Shown in pieces: positions 1 to 14,529 of a DNA stretch of 64,000 bases (position 1 is its first letter; every line of letters starts with the position of its first letter). Made by a program: the position numbers and the translations under genes. The notes under the pieces are model-generated. The model was not told the origin of the DNA. It worked only from the letters and a program-made list of their open reading frames with translations, and did no database searches. The DNA lies in NCBI GenBank assembly GCA_051362555.1, contig CM120646.1:20832001-20896000 (forward strand). Reading direction: 5' to 3'. Source of the DNA: Lingula anatina (lineage: Eukaryota; Animalia; Brachiopoda).

Positions 1-1269
1 CTCGGCAATCGAGTAATTTTACCTGAGAGATTCCTTCTTTGTTATCGGCAAAGTGATCAGATAAAACTGTGTCGAGAGCAAGTGTCCGTCACTTGTGTTG
101 ATACGAGTTTTTTGACGGGTAACGCTGCAGGATTATTTTGCACGGCACTTGGTAGTCGTCAGATCAACGGAAAAATCCAGTGATTACTTCAGAGCGGTCT
201 CGCTCAAAATGCCAGCTAAGATAAAGGGGAGACGCTCAGCTGCACAAGATTCAGCGGTAAAAGTGGCTGAGAGAAGGCTTTTGAATAAATATTTTATTTT
301 TACACACATGACACTTAGACCCTATTTGCTTTTTACCTGCTAGCCTTGACTATTCTCGGGGTCTTTTTGTGATTTTCATTTTTGGACACTTGAACTCTTT
401 CTTCCCGCTTGATCAGTGATTTTGAAATTGTTTTTCTCCAAATATCGCAAAATGCAAAGCCGCTAACATGCGTTTTTATTTTTATTGTTTTAATCATGCT
501 GTCAACCTTTGCTTGGATTTCTCTTGTTTGGCCATTCAAATCACAATTTTTCGCGTGTCTCTCAAGCTCCATGATATCATATCTTGGAGAATAAAATTTT
601 ATTTTGTCAACATTAGATTTACCATTTGCAAACGGCGACCAACAATCATTTCCGGTTTCGTAACGTGTCGCAGATACGCTCGACGATATATATCGCAAAA
701 ATTAAAGGCTAGGCTAAAAGTATCCTTTTTTAGCTTTTTTTATTTATGTTTTTATCGATTTTTCTTTCATTTGTCAATTAATTTAGACGTTTCGATTAAC
801 TCTTTCACCCATTTATTAGGTATACAGAAATCAGTCATCCGACTGAACAAATAGGGCCGGTTTTCCCCAACCGCCACGCATAGGCCTTACTCTCAAAATT
901 TTCCTTCTTTTCTCTGGAAAGGGACTTTTAACACGAACTTTTCTCTTCCCCATAGTGTACTAGCTAGACTTCTTCGCTGCTAAGCTGATGTAAGACTTAT
1001 GACCTATTACCGCACACGTAATCGGCTTATAACTCATTAACTGTACTCCGACCCCCTCATGGCAACGGCCCTTAGTAACAGAGGCGTGGCTTAGTTGTCA
1101 GCCTGACTGGGGCGCGTGCCGGTTGAAAAACTCATCAAAAGACGCATTTTGCGATGCAAATCCATAAAAATTATTACATCCAACGTTAGATACTTTTTTG
1201 ATTAATATAAACACACAAAAAACTCAAAAACACGATTTTAAGCGTATTTAACCCTATCACCGACCTTAA

Positions 1270-2735
1270 AACTAGTAGGTTCACCATATTTCCTCCTTAT
1301 AAGTTATATAGCTTCGTCACGTTTCTATCATTTACTTCATCTTTTCAGAATTATTTTTAAAATCTTCAATAAAAAATCCCAACCACACCTCACTGCAAGG
1401 TACAGGATGACCCGGTGGACTCATAGCACACAGTGGATCCCTCACGCACCTCGGAGTGGGTCCCCGTGGGCCAGGCGGAGGACATCTACATCCTGGCTTC
1501 TTTATACAGGAGGGACGGGATGTTATCATGGCTGGTTCACAGTGTTCCCCTCTGTCACATGAGATAAGCTGGAAGAGGCACGGTATACTACTATCTCCTT
1601 CTACATAGTTGATTTATAAAAACATTGATTGGGGTCATTCGTATTCAGGAGTACGCTAGTTTCAAGTCAAAACGTTTGTTGATGAAAAGAAAGATAAGCA
1701 TTTAAAACACATTGCAAATAGGAAACAATCTAATGTAATACACGACAAAATGAATTTTATGAGCGCCTGCAAAAAAAAAAACGATAAAATTAAGATTTAT
1801 TCTGCATTTGAAAGTGAACAGTCTATCCAAAGTCCCGCGTCGTAGGCTATTAAAACTACATAGTTGGTTCACCATATTTCCTCCTTATATAGCTTCGTCA
1901 CGTTTCTATCATTTACTTCATATTTTCAGAATTATTTTAAAATCTCCAACAGAAAAAATCCCAACCACACCTCACTGCAAGGTACAGGATGACCCGGTGG
2001 ACTCATAGCACACAGTGGATCCCTCACGCACCTCGGAGTGGGTCCCCGTGGGCCAGGCGGAGGACATCTACATCCTGGCTTCTTTATACAGGAGGGACGG
2101 GATGTTATCATGGCCGGTTCACAGTGTTCCCCTCTGTCACATGAGATAAGCTGGAAGAGGCACGGTATACTACTAGATCCTTCTACATAGTTGATTTATA
2201 ACAACATTGATTGGGCTCATTCGTATTCAGGAGTACGCTAGGTTCAAGTCAAAACGTTTGTTGATGGAAAGAAAGATAAGCATTTAAAACACATTGCAAA
2301 TAGGAAACAATCTGATGTAATACACGACAAAATGTATTTCATCAGCGCCTGCAAAAAAAAAACAATAAAATTAAGATTTATTCTGCATTTGAAAGTGAAC
2401 AGTCTATCCAAAGTCCCGCGTCGTAGGCTATTAAAACTACTTAGTTGGTTCACCATATTTCCTCCTTATATAGTTTCGTCACGTTTCTATCATTTACTTC
2501 ATATTTTCAGAATTATTTTAAAATCTCCAACAGAAAAAATGCCAACCACACCTCACTGCAAGGTACAGGATGGCCTGGTGGACTCATAGAACACAGTGGA
2601 TCTTCCACGCACTTCGGGGCGGGTCCGTCTGGGCCGGGCGGAGGACATTTACATCCGGGCTCTTTCAGGCACGTGGGACGTGATGGTATCAAGGCAGGTT
2701 CACAGTGGTACCCTGGGTCACATGAGATTACCTGG
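1270..2735. repeat. Tandem ~582-bp exon+intron duplication (about 2.5 units)
   Basis: Exon ends recur at 1389, 1971 and 2552. Intron sequence (ggttcaccatatttcctcctta..., gaaagataagcatttaaaacacattgcaaatagg) is also repeated almost identically. Confidence 0.95.
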
Positions 2736-5700
2736 AATAGGCAATTTTTGCGAAGAACTTCTCCTTTCTACTGCTTTTTAAATTCACTTTTGCAATGGCG
2801 TGTACAAACAGAAGAAAAAAGCTATGAATTCCTTTACAAAATCAAAAATATTTTGCATAAAGTTAGGGACGGTTTTCGATATAACTATATATAGATCGGT
2901 CAGAAGTGGGTTAACCTATATTTGCTTAGATTGTGGTGTTGGCCCATCAAAAATATAAAGATAAATAATGATATTCATAATTTAGCTGCCTTTACGGAGG
3001 TCTGCTTTCTCTGAGAAATTTAAGTGAAGAAGGTAGTGTGTCAGGTGAACAAGTCTTTCAATTGGTCTGAATATTAAAATAGTAAAATACTTAAAAGTAA
3101 TCCGACAAGGAGAAACACCAATAAGAACAATTAACCAGTGTTCAATTGCAAATGAGGAAGTGGACGAAGAAAAGAGAAGCAGTTTGCCTACCGTGCTGCA
3201 AGCAATAGGAGCTCCTGGGGGTGACATTGAACACATTCTGTCGGGAACACACCGCATCTTCTCTGTCGCATTCACCTTCGTGTCGCACACGCAGTCACGA
3301 TTCCCGTCACAGCAGAACGAGAGCGTGATGTTTTCAGGCTCACAGTGATGCCCGGATGCACATTCAAGTAGCTTCAAATGGAAAATTAATTCGTATTTAA
3401 ATTCAGTTTATATCAGAATTATTTAATGTACACTTTGCATTCGAGGGATAGATAATACCGTGACACATTATATAATAAACCGAGTTTTGCCACTTGCATT
3501 TGCATGTAACAGATGTAAGTTAATCATAATAATTATCAAAACACTTAACCAAAAACTACCGGTATGACCCATTAAACCAAATGGTCTTATCCAGAAGCTA
3601 GTTTTTATTTATGCAATGCAGGCCCGTAGCCAGCTATTTCAAAAGGGTTTTTTTCTCGAAATATGGACCTTTTACAATGAAGCCTTTGTGTACCTAGAGC
3701 TGATTTTACCCAGAATGGGCCTTTTTCTAACAAAAAGGGCGGTTCTTTCGAACCCCCCCCCCCCCCCCCCGAACCCCCTCACCCTGGCTACGGGCCTGTG
3801 CGTGCAATATTATATCGATCAGGTCCCTGTCTCCTACTGAACATATTCAAATATTATAATTTAGATCTCAATTTAAAATCAGTTGATCAACTACTATTAC
3901 CATAGACACCATGTAAAGCCAGGTTTAAAAAATAATGGTGACGTCGCTCTACAAGTTAATGGCCGCATTTCAATAAACAGTCTTCACTTGAGAATATTAC
4001 AGAATCCAGACAATTTTTTAAAAAAGAACTTTAAATTTTTTTTACCTTTGAAAATATCCACAGCTGAATGAACTGGATTTAAAATACATTTTAACTACAA
4101 CTGTATGTACTACAGTATATACACGTATTAATCATTTAAAAAAAAATTTTTTTTAACATTTCAGCTATTTAATTTAATCATAAAAATATTGTGTTTACAT
4201 ATTTTAAATTATTACTTTGTTAAGTCTATTGAATATTTTAAAAGGATTTTAGACTTTACATAAATATTATTATTATTATTATTATTATCATTATTATTAT
4301 TATTATTTTTGTGTTATACCGTATCACAGGGTACCGCTGTGGTGGACGGACGACACGTGTCTTTCGTCTTCACACAGACTGGTTTCGGGGTGGGAGTCTC
4401 CGGGTAGAAACAAAATGGCAGCCAGCAAACAGGGGCTGGGAGATACAGTCTGGGCTCACAGTGATACCCAGGGGAACAGCTGACCACCTGTACGATAAAG
4501 AAAGAGAATAACAGTAGTTATATTTTTTTAAATCTATGGCCCCATTCCCAGAGATTAGATCGATCCAAACTAGATCGACCTAACTCCCTGGGAGTTCACG
4601 CTAAATAGCTGTCAGCCGAGCGGACACGAAAGTTAATTACCCCCTTACAGCTTGTAGTAGGCGGGACGGACATTTAAGCCGGATTATCTGACAGTAATCT
4701 AGTGAGACTCCCCACGGGGATAGATCGATCTAAAATCTATGGGAATACGCCCTATGTCTTTGGATGTGATGGTTAGTTTGAGGTCATTGGCTGATCTTTA
4801 CAGCCAGCCACGCGTAGTTGAAAGCATCCTTTTACCCATAAAGAAATTTACTAGAAGATAATCTCTGTGGCAAAAAGTAAAAAGAAAATAGAATCTTATA
4901 ACAGCAGTCGTTTATTTATTTTTATTATATTATTTTTATCTATTTGTTCATTTATGTTTGATATACAGTTATTTGAATCTGTGGAATAAATGTATACATT
5001 AAATACACATAAGTCTACATAGACAAACCACTGGGAATCCCAGACCGATGATATTTCACAAAAAATATATTCAGTTTTTTTAAATTAACTAAATAAGATC
5101 AGAAAAATTCTAAATCTTAGTAATAATTTTTTATTCATTAAAACAGTGCCATTAACGCTGATATCAAAGATAATTTCATCACCTTTTCACACACAACCGG
5201 TCGCCGAGACCACACACATGGCTGCCCACACTGTATACCAACAGTAACAGGGAAGACAGATATCTGGAAATTTGGGGAAAATAGTGAAAGTGAAAATTTT
5301 CCTTTTTTCTCTTACAAAAAAAAACATGAAGACATTAAAACATGTTCAAGCACAACCATCATTTACCCACAGTAGTGCACTTGTATATACAGTATAGGTA
5401 AATACAAGAGGCGAATCCCCAGGCTTCAGAGTACTGGTACTACTTTTTGTACACTTACATGTATATATAGCACTCTGCATTTAAGCTATTTAACCCCCTT
5501 TTTCAACTAAACCAACGCTTGCTGTATATTAAATACCAAAAACATGACGAGCAAAACCTATAAACTTGTGGGCAGCAATATGGCATAGGCTGTTTTAGCG
5601 CTGAAATGCTTGCATTACAGATATATTATACATCAAATATATTATGGCAACAATACCATGGAAAATACATAAATGCAAATTTTTTCGGAAATGCGTATCA

Positions 5701-5810
5701 TAAACAGAATGAACCGATCTCACAAATAAAACTTGATATATAAATGTATATGCACTGTATATTCTTACCACGCAGATGACAAAAAGTAGAGGCTTGATGA
5801 AGTCGATCAT
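1389..5810 (-). CDS. Secreted Cys/Pro-rich modular protein with follistatin-N(FOLN)-like CxxGxHCEP...PxCV repeats; 3' end not found in window
   Basis: Exons (minus): 5810-5769 MIDFIKPLLFVICV; 5263-5183 ISVFPVTVGIQCGQPCVWSRRPVVCEK; 4487-4320 VVSCSPGYHCEPRLYLPAPVCWLPFCFYPETPTPKPVCVKTKDTCRPSTTAVPCDT; 3371-3192 LLECASGHHCEPENITLSFCCDGNRDCVC...PIACST; 2731-2552 VISCDPGYHCEPALIPSRPTCLKEPGCKCPPPGPDGPAPKCVEDPLCSMSPPGHPVPCSE; 2150-1971 and 1568-1389 LISCDRGEHCEPAMITSRPSC...PVPCSE. All have GT/AG boundaries and phase 0; the N-terminus is signal-peptide-like. Confidence 0.8.
3619..3798. mobile_element. MITE with 15-bp TIRs (hAT-like termini)
   Basis: caggcccgtagccag ... ctggctacgggcctg; no clear target-site duplication (TSD). 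Confidence 0.7.
4538..4752. mobile_element. MITE with imperfect TIRs
   Basis: ggccccattcccagagattagatcgatc ... gatcgatctaaaatctatgggaatacgccc; a related diverged fragment starts near 21665. Confidence 0.6.
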
Positions 5811-7125
5811 GCTGCCCCGATTCTACAAAAGTATTAACGAAAACAGCCGTTGAGTCTTTGGTGCATTATATACCGGTTTTAAACACAGTTGAAACGTTCC
5901 CAGTTTAATAAACACCATTTTTAATGCCAACAGCCCCCTGTCCCTCATGAAATGCACATTCTGTTTACATAATCCACTTTTAAATACATTAAACACATAA
6001 AACCGCGTAATTTGTTATTCCATAGGTTGGGCTCAATTTTAAGGTTTATTTGGTTCACAAAATCTTTTTTTAATGTAAATGCTGTAAAAATGAGTGCGAA
6101 GAAGTTAGTTGCGGCTTGCGCAACTGCTCTAAGATGTGCAGTAAACCATGTAGACACTGGATAAAACGCAAGTTAAAGAGATGGAAAAGGTGAGTACAGT
6201 GCACGATTAATCTTCATTGAAAAAACATTAAATAACAGGGATAGTAAATGGAGATGATGCACGTAACGGTTTCCCCTAGTGTCTTCCACACATTAGTAGT
6301 ACTTTCGTCCTTGTAGTGAGTTCAAAACTAAAATGCAAACTTATTTATAGCTTTTAGATCATCGCGTGAACAGATCTTTTACCTTCCTTAGTTGTTCCAT
6401 GTTTGAATAAGAGTATCATATCCATTATTTAGAACGTGCAACGTGCCTTTTACTGTGGACTGAATACACTCGCTCCAACTCTAAGTATTTTGCAATAAAA
6501 TAGAAATGTTTACAAATCAATGTGGTAGTCCCAACAGTCGCTTCCTTCACTAATTGGCACGTGTGAATGCGCCTCAATCAAATCATTTGGCCCCTTATGC
6601 TGTCTTGTGTACTTAACCTTTTAATAGTAATACAGACGCAGTTTTGACTGACGTTCGTCTGTTTTAACACATCGCCTGAGAACATTTTAAAGAAATTATT
6701 CATACTTTAACTTATTTATTTTTCATTTATTTATTTTCATTTATAATTTATTATTTTGTGTGTGTGTGTGTGTAGGCCTACCCATTTCACAATCTGTGCA
6801 ATGTAAGTCGTACATATAGTACGTAGGCCTGTATAACCCTTCCGAAAAACCTAACTCTAAAATTTAGGCCTACACTCTGCCCGTATCACTTAATTCATTC
6901 TGTGATAGAGTAATCCATTTAAATATTAAATGCAGCAATACCATATACTGTCACCTAGTCAGATTTAAAGAACAGGGGTGTTAAAAATAGAGTCATTTGT
7001 ACACAGTATTTGCACGATGTAGCTCATATTTATTCCAACGTTTGAATACTCCCGGTTCGTTGAATATGTATTAGCAATCGATTAATTTGTTTACCTTAGT
7101 TACGTAGTGTAAGGTGACCTATTTC

Positions 7126-7140
7126 AACATGGCGGCGCCC
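7126..7140 (+). promoter_or_regulatory. YY1-like motif near the probable start of the ARM-TIR gene's 5' UTR exon
   Basis: caacatggcggcgcc resembles the AANATGGCG YY1 site. It lies in a CpG-richer patch followed by a gtgagt donor near 7249; an acceptor sits at 9752, just before the ATG at 9787. Confidence 0.35.
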
Positions 7141-7285
7141 GTTAGTTACTACCTTTGTAGGCAGAGGACAGTTTGCTGAGCCAGTCGGACGCGATGAAAT
7201 GGAAGTCCATCGTGAGGAAGCTTTGTGCACAGCTGCGCTGATATATGTGTGAGTTACTATATGTATAGATAGTGCGGAATATTTT

Positions 7286-7413
7286 GAAAGAGAGAAAGAG
7301 AGTGTGTGTAAGTGTGTGTGTGAGAGAGAGAGAGTGTGTATGTGTGTGTGTGAGAGAGAGAGTGTGTGTGTGTGTGTGCGTGTGCGTGAAAGAGAGAGAG
7401 AGAGAGAGAGAGA

Positions 7414-7457
<44 letters not shown>
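7286..7457. repeat. Compound (GA)n/(GT)n microsatellite
   Basis: Alternating AG and TG tracts directly visible; similar tracts at ~7724, 18539, 19424, 19550, 21200, 25514 and 26388-26628. Confidence 0.95.
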
Positions 7458-7729
7458 CTCGTTATAAGTAGTTATAACGTCTAACTAAGATAACTTACGA
7501 TTACTAGTAATTATATCACGCTGGTAGGCCTAAGTGTTACCACCAAGGCCAGCCTGAAATCTGTGAAATTCACTTTTTAGCTCAACGAAGGAATTGTGTC
7601 AGTGTACCTTTTTGACTCAACAGTTATAGGTCATATGCTGTAAACAAGCGAATTTTACACGTTCAAGTCTATACCCCCCCTTCCTCGGTCTAAGCAGTAC
7701 GGATCAAAGACAGCTCTCTCCCTGTGTGT

Positions 7730-7767
<38 letters not shown>

Positions 7768-8169
7768 GAGATTGAAAGAGTGAGAAAGAGAGAGTAATCC
7801 CCCCCCTCATCGTTCAAAAGCAGCATTACATCTACCTTATCCTTTATAAATTAACCACCATTTAAAGCTGGTGCAGCTTGATCCCCTTTTCACACGGAGA
7901 ATGCTACCGTTTCCTGTATTGCACCAGTTTGAGAGATTAACAACGTACGCTGCAACAAAATGTAAACGCATAAGCCCAAACTGAGTAAAAATATTATGCT
8001 AACCTACATGAACTGTGCTCAAAGTTAAGTATTATTTTTGTGTAATGAAACGCTTGCTTTGCTCAAGTCAGCTGGTTCTGTTCTAATTTGGCCACACATG
8101 ACCCCCCCTCCCCCCAACCCAGGTAAAATAATTTTCTCAAGTGTTAGGTTTTTTACTTTTCCTTTAATG

Positions 8170-9500
8170 CTCAGAGATATGGGGCTACTCGGTGTCAACG
8201 GATAACTGCCCTACAGAAAAGTTGCACTTAAAATTTTGCAAACAAATCCTCCATCAAAACGTATCAAACTATGGTGTATACACTGAACTTGGCCGCCTTC
8301 CCCTCTATACCAAAATACAGTTTGCATCTGTCAAACTATGGTGTAAAATTATTCAAATGTCTGATGCTACACTAATGAAACAAGCGTACATACAAGAGAT
8401 AAATAGTTACAAGTAACTGACACCCTATGTCCCACCCGCAGTCCACACACTCAGACCAGCTTGTATGTCATGGTCTGAGGGTATCCGAAAAATCCTTTTC
8501 ACATTTGGCCTTGGTGATGTGTGGCTTAGCCAGTCACCTCCAAAAAACTTCACCACAATTTTCAAACAAAGACAAACTGACCACTTTACCCAAATATGCA
8601 ATAGCAAACTTCAAGCCAACAGCAAATTATCTCTCTTCCGTATACTTAACCAAAAGTGTGAAAGGGCAACTTATGTTTATAAAATAACAAATTACGACAC
8701 CTTGTCAACCCTTGCTTAACTACGTCTTAGTGACCATAAACTCCACATCGAAACTGGGCGGCACACCAGGCCAAAAACTGAAAGGTGCGACAGAATCTGT
8801 CGCCTGTGCACACAAGGGGTAATTGAGGATGAATACCATTTTATATTCCAATGCCCAATGTACAAAACAGACCGAGTCACCTTTTTCAGTAAAACCTCAT
8901 TCCTAAAAGCTGATTCAAGGTCACCAGACAGTCAATTATGCCATGTATTTAACAGTGCCAACAAAGATACTTTAGTGTCCCTCTCCAACTTTATAATCAA
9001 ATCATTCAAGAAAAAAAGTGAAGTGGTTGCTCTGCTTGGTAACTCTTAGCATATCCCTTAAAATGTCAGTGTATGGTCCCACTGTTGTGAGAAGTGACTC
9101 GGCAGTGGGACTGAACATGGCACAATATTCATATCTGTGTAACTTATTTACTTATCTGTCTTATGTTATTGTCATTAATCGTAATTATCCATGTCATCAA
9201 ACTGGCTTTGAACAGCCATGTAAACAGCTATGTAACGGTGGTTTTAAGTTTTTTAAAAACATTCTTTTTGTGTAACATGTTTATAGTATGTTTATGGTAA
9301 ATTTATAATCACACCAAGGTTTATCTCATTGCTTAGATAGAATATTTTATGAGTAATTTTACTAGTACTTATGTTCATTATATAAAGATGGTAATGCACT
9401 AACTGTATTGTATCGTCATTTGTATATCATATTGTACAAGGTCATGACAATCTATGTACCAGTGCAGAAATAAATTGAATTGAATAAATTGAATTTAATT
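8170..9500 (+). mobile_element. 5'-truncated, decayed non-LTR retrotransposon (3' end of ORF2 and 3' UTR)
   Basis: EKLHLKFCKQIL...VYTELGRLPL, then LRLSDHKLHIETGRH...DRICRLCTQGVIEDEYHFIFQCPMY (C-terminal CCHC motif of LINE ORF2). In-frame stops near 8414 and 8717; ends in AATAAA with a (TTGAA)-like tail at ~9468-9500. Confidence 0.85.
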
Positions 9501-9786
9501 CCTGATGACTAAAAATGACTAATTTGCCAATATTGTGGGCCTTCAAAATTATTCCAAGCATTTTCCCCTGCCTACGGCCATGATGTCAACTGCTAAGTTC
9601 TATGATAAATCAATGAGCGAATTAGATCAAGGGTTAAAATTCTGTTTTATTTTGCCTACGTCGTAACGAGTTAAGCACTTACACTGAACTTACACTCAAA
9701 AAAATCCCACACCAGGGATCTAATTATTTCTATATTTTCTGTCCTCCTATAGATAACTGCGAGGCTTTGACAACCAACAAGCAAAA

Positions 9787-12700
9787 ATGGGATCTGCAGC
9801 CAGCACAAGCACGAGTGCTGCGATTACTAACAGCTCGGCGAAAACACTGGCCAGATCTTCCGAAGTGTCCGTAAGTGAGAGCAGCATAAAGAGAAAAGAG
9901 AAAATCTACAACCAAATCAAGGCTCTCCCTGAGGTACAACTAATGTTTAAGAACATCCAAAAAGCCTCCGAGATGTTGGGTGATCACGGCCGCCATGATT
10001 CCCCGGAATACCGAACGGAGATGTTTTCATTCTTAAAGGATAAAGTTTACCATGCGCTCAGAGAATTCAAAAACAACAAACACAGACGTGTCATTGCTCA
10101 GCACGCCGCCGACGTGAAATTGCCGGACGCACTTACCAACGTGTACAGAAGCACTTTGCAGAAGTACGGCTTGACGGGACTTACCGAAGTAACATCGATG
10201 TCTTCGGTTGAGTTCGACGAACTTTCCACACTTCGGCTATGTTCGTGGACTTATTCCGACTCCAGCTTCGCTTTTTCTGATGGACTGGCAGAGGCTGGTT
10301 TTCTGCTCCTTCTGAAAGACGATTTAGTTTCCGCACAAGAAGGCAAACACAATGGCTTAGATCCAGAGGTGATTATTGCCAGTGTGATTGTAATGTTAAA
10401 ATGCCTGGTAAAAGTATATCTAATGCGAGTGAAAAACGTAAAGATAATGTAAAGCTTGTATAAATTTGTTTTAAAAATATCGACAGCGTTACAGCCATCT
10501 GTGTGTTATAGGCCTACTCCTGCTTAATTCTCAACATACATAAAATCATTTCATTGAGAACATGTCTCCGCCATCAATATACCTATCTTTAAACCACGCG
10601 CCGTTATGGGTGACGTGAGGCACTGCATTTAAATGATCAAATACACTAAATCGAGCAGAAGACATGTCTTGTCGTCATTAATATTTTCTAATTACGTAAG
10701 AATAGTAAAATCACTTCGATAATTTGCCATATATACCATGCAACATGTGGTATCTTTGTCGTATTACGTTGATGTTTCAGTTTCCTGTGATACAAAATGC
10801 CGTGGAGTATAGTATTGGTATCATTCACAACTGTGCCAAGTCGGAAAACGTGAAGCCGTATTTGAGAAATCTGGGCATCATTCCAATACTGACGCCATTT
10901 CTGAAAACGGAAAACCAAGGTACAATTATTATTTAACACACTAGGTAATATATTTAAAAATTTGTAAATAAGAAAAAACTGTATTTTTCAAATCTTGTAC
11001 AGCTTTACTTTTTTACCATTTTGAGATAATATAGACTAATCGACTATCATAGTGAAAAAATGCACTTGCCTTTGTTTCAGCCCTCAAAGCCCAGGTGGTC
11101 ATGACTTTGGGCTATCTCATAGACAACGACGAAGAAAACGAAATCCTACGCTCGGACGAAACCCTTTTCGAGTTCCTAATCGATCTCCTTGACGACGCTA
11201 TGAAGAGCGAGAGTCGTCGAAGCAACACGTTCTCTGCCTTCGAACTCACCACTGGCCTGGATGCCTTAGCCCGAAATGAATATAACAGTGCGAAAATTGC
11301 CGAAAAGGGGGCGCTACCGCTGCTGACTGAGCTGCTGTCATCGGAGGATGAGGAGGAGAGGAAGGCTGCTGTCAGGGCGCTCTGGCAGCTCTCATTTCTC
11401 CCGACGAACAAAGAGAAGATTATGGTAATGCAGTCAAGTGGCAATATTTTGGGATCTTAGAGTAATGATCATGCAATTGATAGACTATTGAGATCTAATA
11501 ACCATGCAATGGCATTGATAAAGCCTATTGAGACTTCATGGGAATACACCTAATGCCCTTTTTGATTATTTTTTATTTATTTGATCCAAAATGTTTAAAA
11601 ACACTGGAATTGTTCACTGCTTATCGTTATCTGCAAATCATTCATTTTTTTGTTTTATTTCTTGTTTAGGAAACGTAACTATTCCAAACTGAATTTCGTA
11701 GGATTTCTGTTATATCCATAAATAATTTATTTGTTTTAAAGTGGAAAGGCAAAAAAAAACCATTGCTGAGTTGATGTAAATTTTATAACAGGAGCTCCCG
11801 ATCTGTGTTGAGAGACTCCATGAGCTTCGACGCCACACTAACGAAGCTATATCTGCTGCCTCGGAGTCCGTGCTGTGGCAACTGCGCAATAGGGACCATC
11901 ACAAAGCGGGCGATGATGGTGAACAGGCTGTAGGACCTACTGGTGAGTCTAGATATTGACCTAAACTGATTCCTTCCTTAGCCCCGTTAAAGTTCAGATG
12001 GGCCGATGGGACAGAAATGGCAGTCCTTGCGTTGAAAATCATGTGTCCCATGTGATTGGCACAGGTTAGGGTTAGATGGAAATATCAATTTCTGTGACCA
12101 AGATCACCTATACAAACTAAAAGGGAACGGACTTCATTTCCTAATAGTTTTGCATTCCTGTCACATCAGTGTTTAAAAACTATGTGTCTTTATAACAGAA
12201 ACTTGCTACCCATTTGATTGGGACAGGTTTGGGTTAGCGTGACGTAATTGGCTCAAAATCAAGGACGGGGCCAGTACAAATTAATTGGAACCTGATCTAT
12301 TTTCACAGGGTACTCACTCGTTCATGTCAATGGCCTGGGCCGCCAAACAATATTATGATACAGGAAAGTATCAAGTGGGGAGGGATGTTGGCACTGAAAG
12401 GGGTAAAAGTGTTTTCAGATGTACCGAAACGCAGCGTGAGGCCAAACCATGTTGGAATGTAGCTTAGCTGAATGGGTTATTTTTGGTGTCGCTATCAAAT
12501 TTAGAAGTTCCCGTGTCATTTAACAATGCCAACGACAAACAATAAAAGTTTTGATAGTTTTTGACAATGGAAAACATAAAATCAAATGGTACTTCTTTTT
12601 CCAGCCGATAAAAATAAGGACAATCGAGAGCAATCTGCAGGAAGTATTAAACTAAACGTCCAACCCAACGATTTGGAAGCGCTAATATGGGGTGAAACGG

Positions 12701-14478
12701 ACGCCAAAGAACACATCATGATAAGCTATAACTGGGCACATCAGGAATTGCTTATTAAGGTAAGCAAAGGACGAATGAGATGGTCATGGCTTGGTGTAAT
12801 TTCTGTTCACACGCATGCTCGGACCTTAACAGATTTTGGTCGGGATGACGTCACCAGATGTTCCAGACTTTTAGGGTTCTTCTTCGTTTGCATTTTTGAA
12901 GATGTCTCTGTTATCACCATATCCAATAGATAAGTTTCCATAAATAAAAGTAACCCGGTGGCTGGCAATAGCGTAATGTAGTCGTCTTGTAATGTCAATT
13001 TAAGCTTTAGTTTTGTCCAAAAGCACCAATATGTATTGTTCATCAACCACGCCCTTAAAGTACTCATCCATTGTTTATAATCCATTGTTCCCTGGCCTTT
13101 CCATTGAATTACACAACATATTGTGCAAGTTGTCTTTAGATGGACAGTATCATGTATTTAATTTCATGCTGTTGTACAGGTACGGGATTACCTGACCCAG
13201 TCTGGTTTTAAAGTGTGGATGGACATTAACAACATGTACGGGTCCACGTCCGACGCCATGGCCTCCGCCGTGGAGAACGCTGCCGTGGTGTTAATCAGTA
13301 TGTCACAGAGGTATAAAGACAGTAAGAATTGTCGCAAAGGTAGGGGCATGTCTGAAAGTGTTGTTGTGAAAAGTGAACTAGCTGTTGATCTCTCTCTCTC
13401 CCTCTCTCTCTCTCATAGGAGTGAATTCTGTGTCGCATTTTTAAAGTTAAGCTCACCTGTTTCACTAAGATTGCTGTGAAATATAGTGTTGAATCCGGTG
13501 CACAAACATCTTCAAATATGCATACTCCACACAATATAAATTTCATTTATTGAGATAAGTTTTACCATAGTTTGTAACTGCATTTTCACAAATATTCAAA
13601 AAATGAAAATAAGCATTAATAGATTTTCATCATTATTGTTTTAGTTGTTTACGTTTGAACATAATACTCACCGACTTAAATTACTGATTTTCAGAAGCGG
13701 AATATGCGGACGAGATCGACAAGCCGATCATTCCCCTTCTAGTTGAAGAGGCCTATAAACCCACAGGTTGGTTGGGAATTCTCGTGGGGAAGGCTCTGTA
13801 CTACGATATTTCCAGGAAAAGGAATTTTGGACATAAAATGCAAGAGCTTGTGGAAGCGCTGGTAAAGCAGGCTGCTGGGGCGAGAAATGAAAATGCTGCA
13901 ATATCGCCGCTCACTAGGTCTGTCTCGGTAAGTGCTTGCTCGTTGGTTTGGCGTATGCTGGTTTTATTACCGGCATATTACAAGAATACGACATATTGCC
14001 TTGTAGACTACAGCAATATTAAAATTAAGAAAAGGTAACCAAATTTTAGGTGTGGATTTATGAACGTAGTTAAAGCTTCAGTATATAAGTATCACAAATA
14101 GTTTTAACGTTAAAACGTTATTAGGATATCGATTGTTCAGTTCGTTTATCAAGTCATATTTTCAATTACTTGCATGTTTGTAAATAATCATAAATAAATC
14201 CATTTTCTGGATAGATATATCAACCCAGTAGAATGCCTAAGGGTGGCAGCAAGTTGGACAGTAAACTGTTCTCCGTGGATGTTTGGCTCCGACAAAACAA
14301 TCTCCAAAGGTGAGTACATGTACATGCAGGACCGACGGAAGATTGTAACGTACTTCACCATGTAAAGGGATAGCAAACTAAAAAGGCAATAGGCAGACGC
14401 AGTTTTCAGGATGGAGATGCTGTGTCCATTTTTTCGTAAGCGCAGATCACTTATTATTGCTCATTTCGATTGTTATAT

Positions 14479-14529
<51 letters not shown>

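Noticed and set aside
1-1260. ORFs 333-698 and 468-854 and a weak inverted repeat at ~855/1110-1132
   Set aside because: No recognisable motif. Probably a transposon remnant interrupting the tandem-exon intron, but termini and TSD could not be defined.
7272-7484. ORFs rich in VC/ER/HT (also near 19338, 25455, 26278 and 29621)
   Set aside because: Translations of dinucleotide microsatellites.
12064-12075. GGTTAGGGTTAG as interstitial telomere (also ~12230 and ~15450)
   Set aside because: Only about two units, embedded in a dispersed short repeat.
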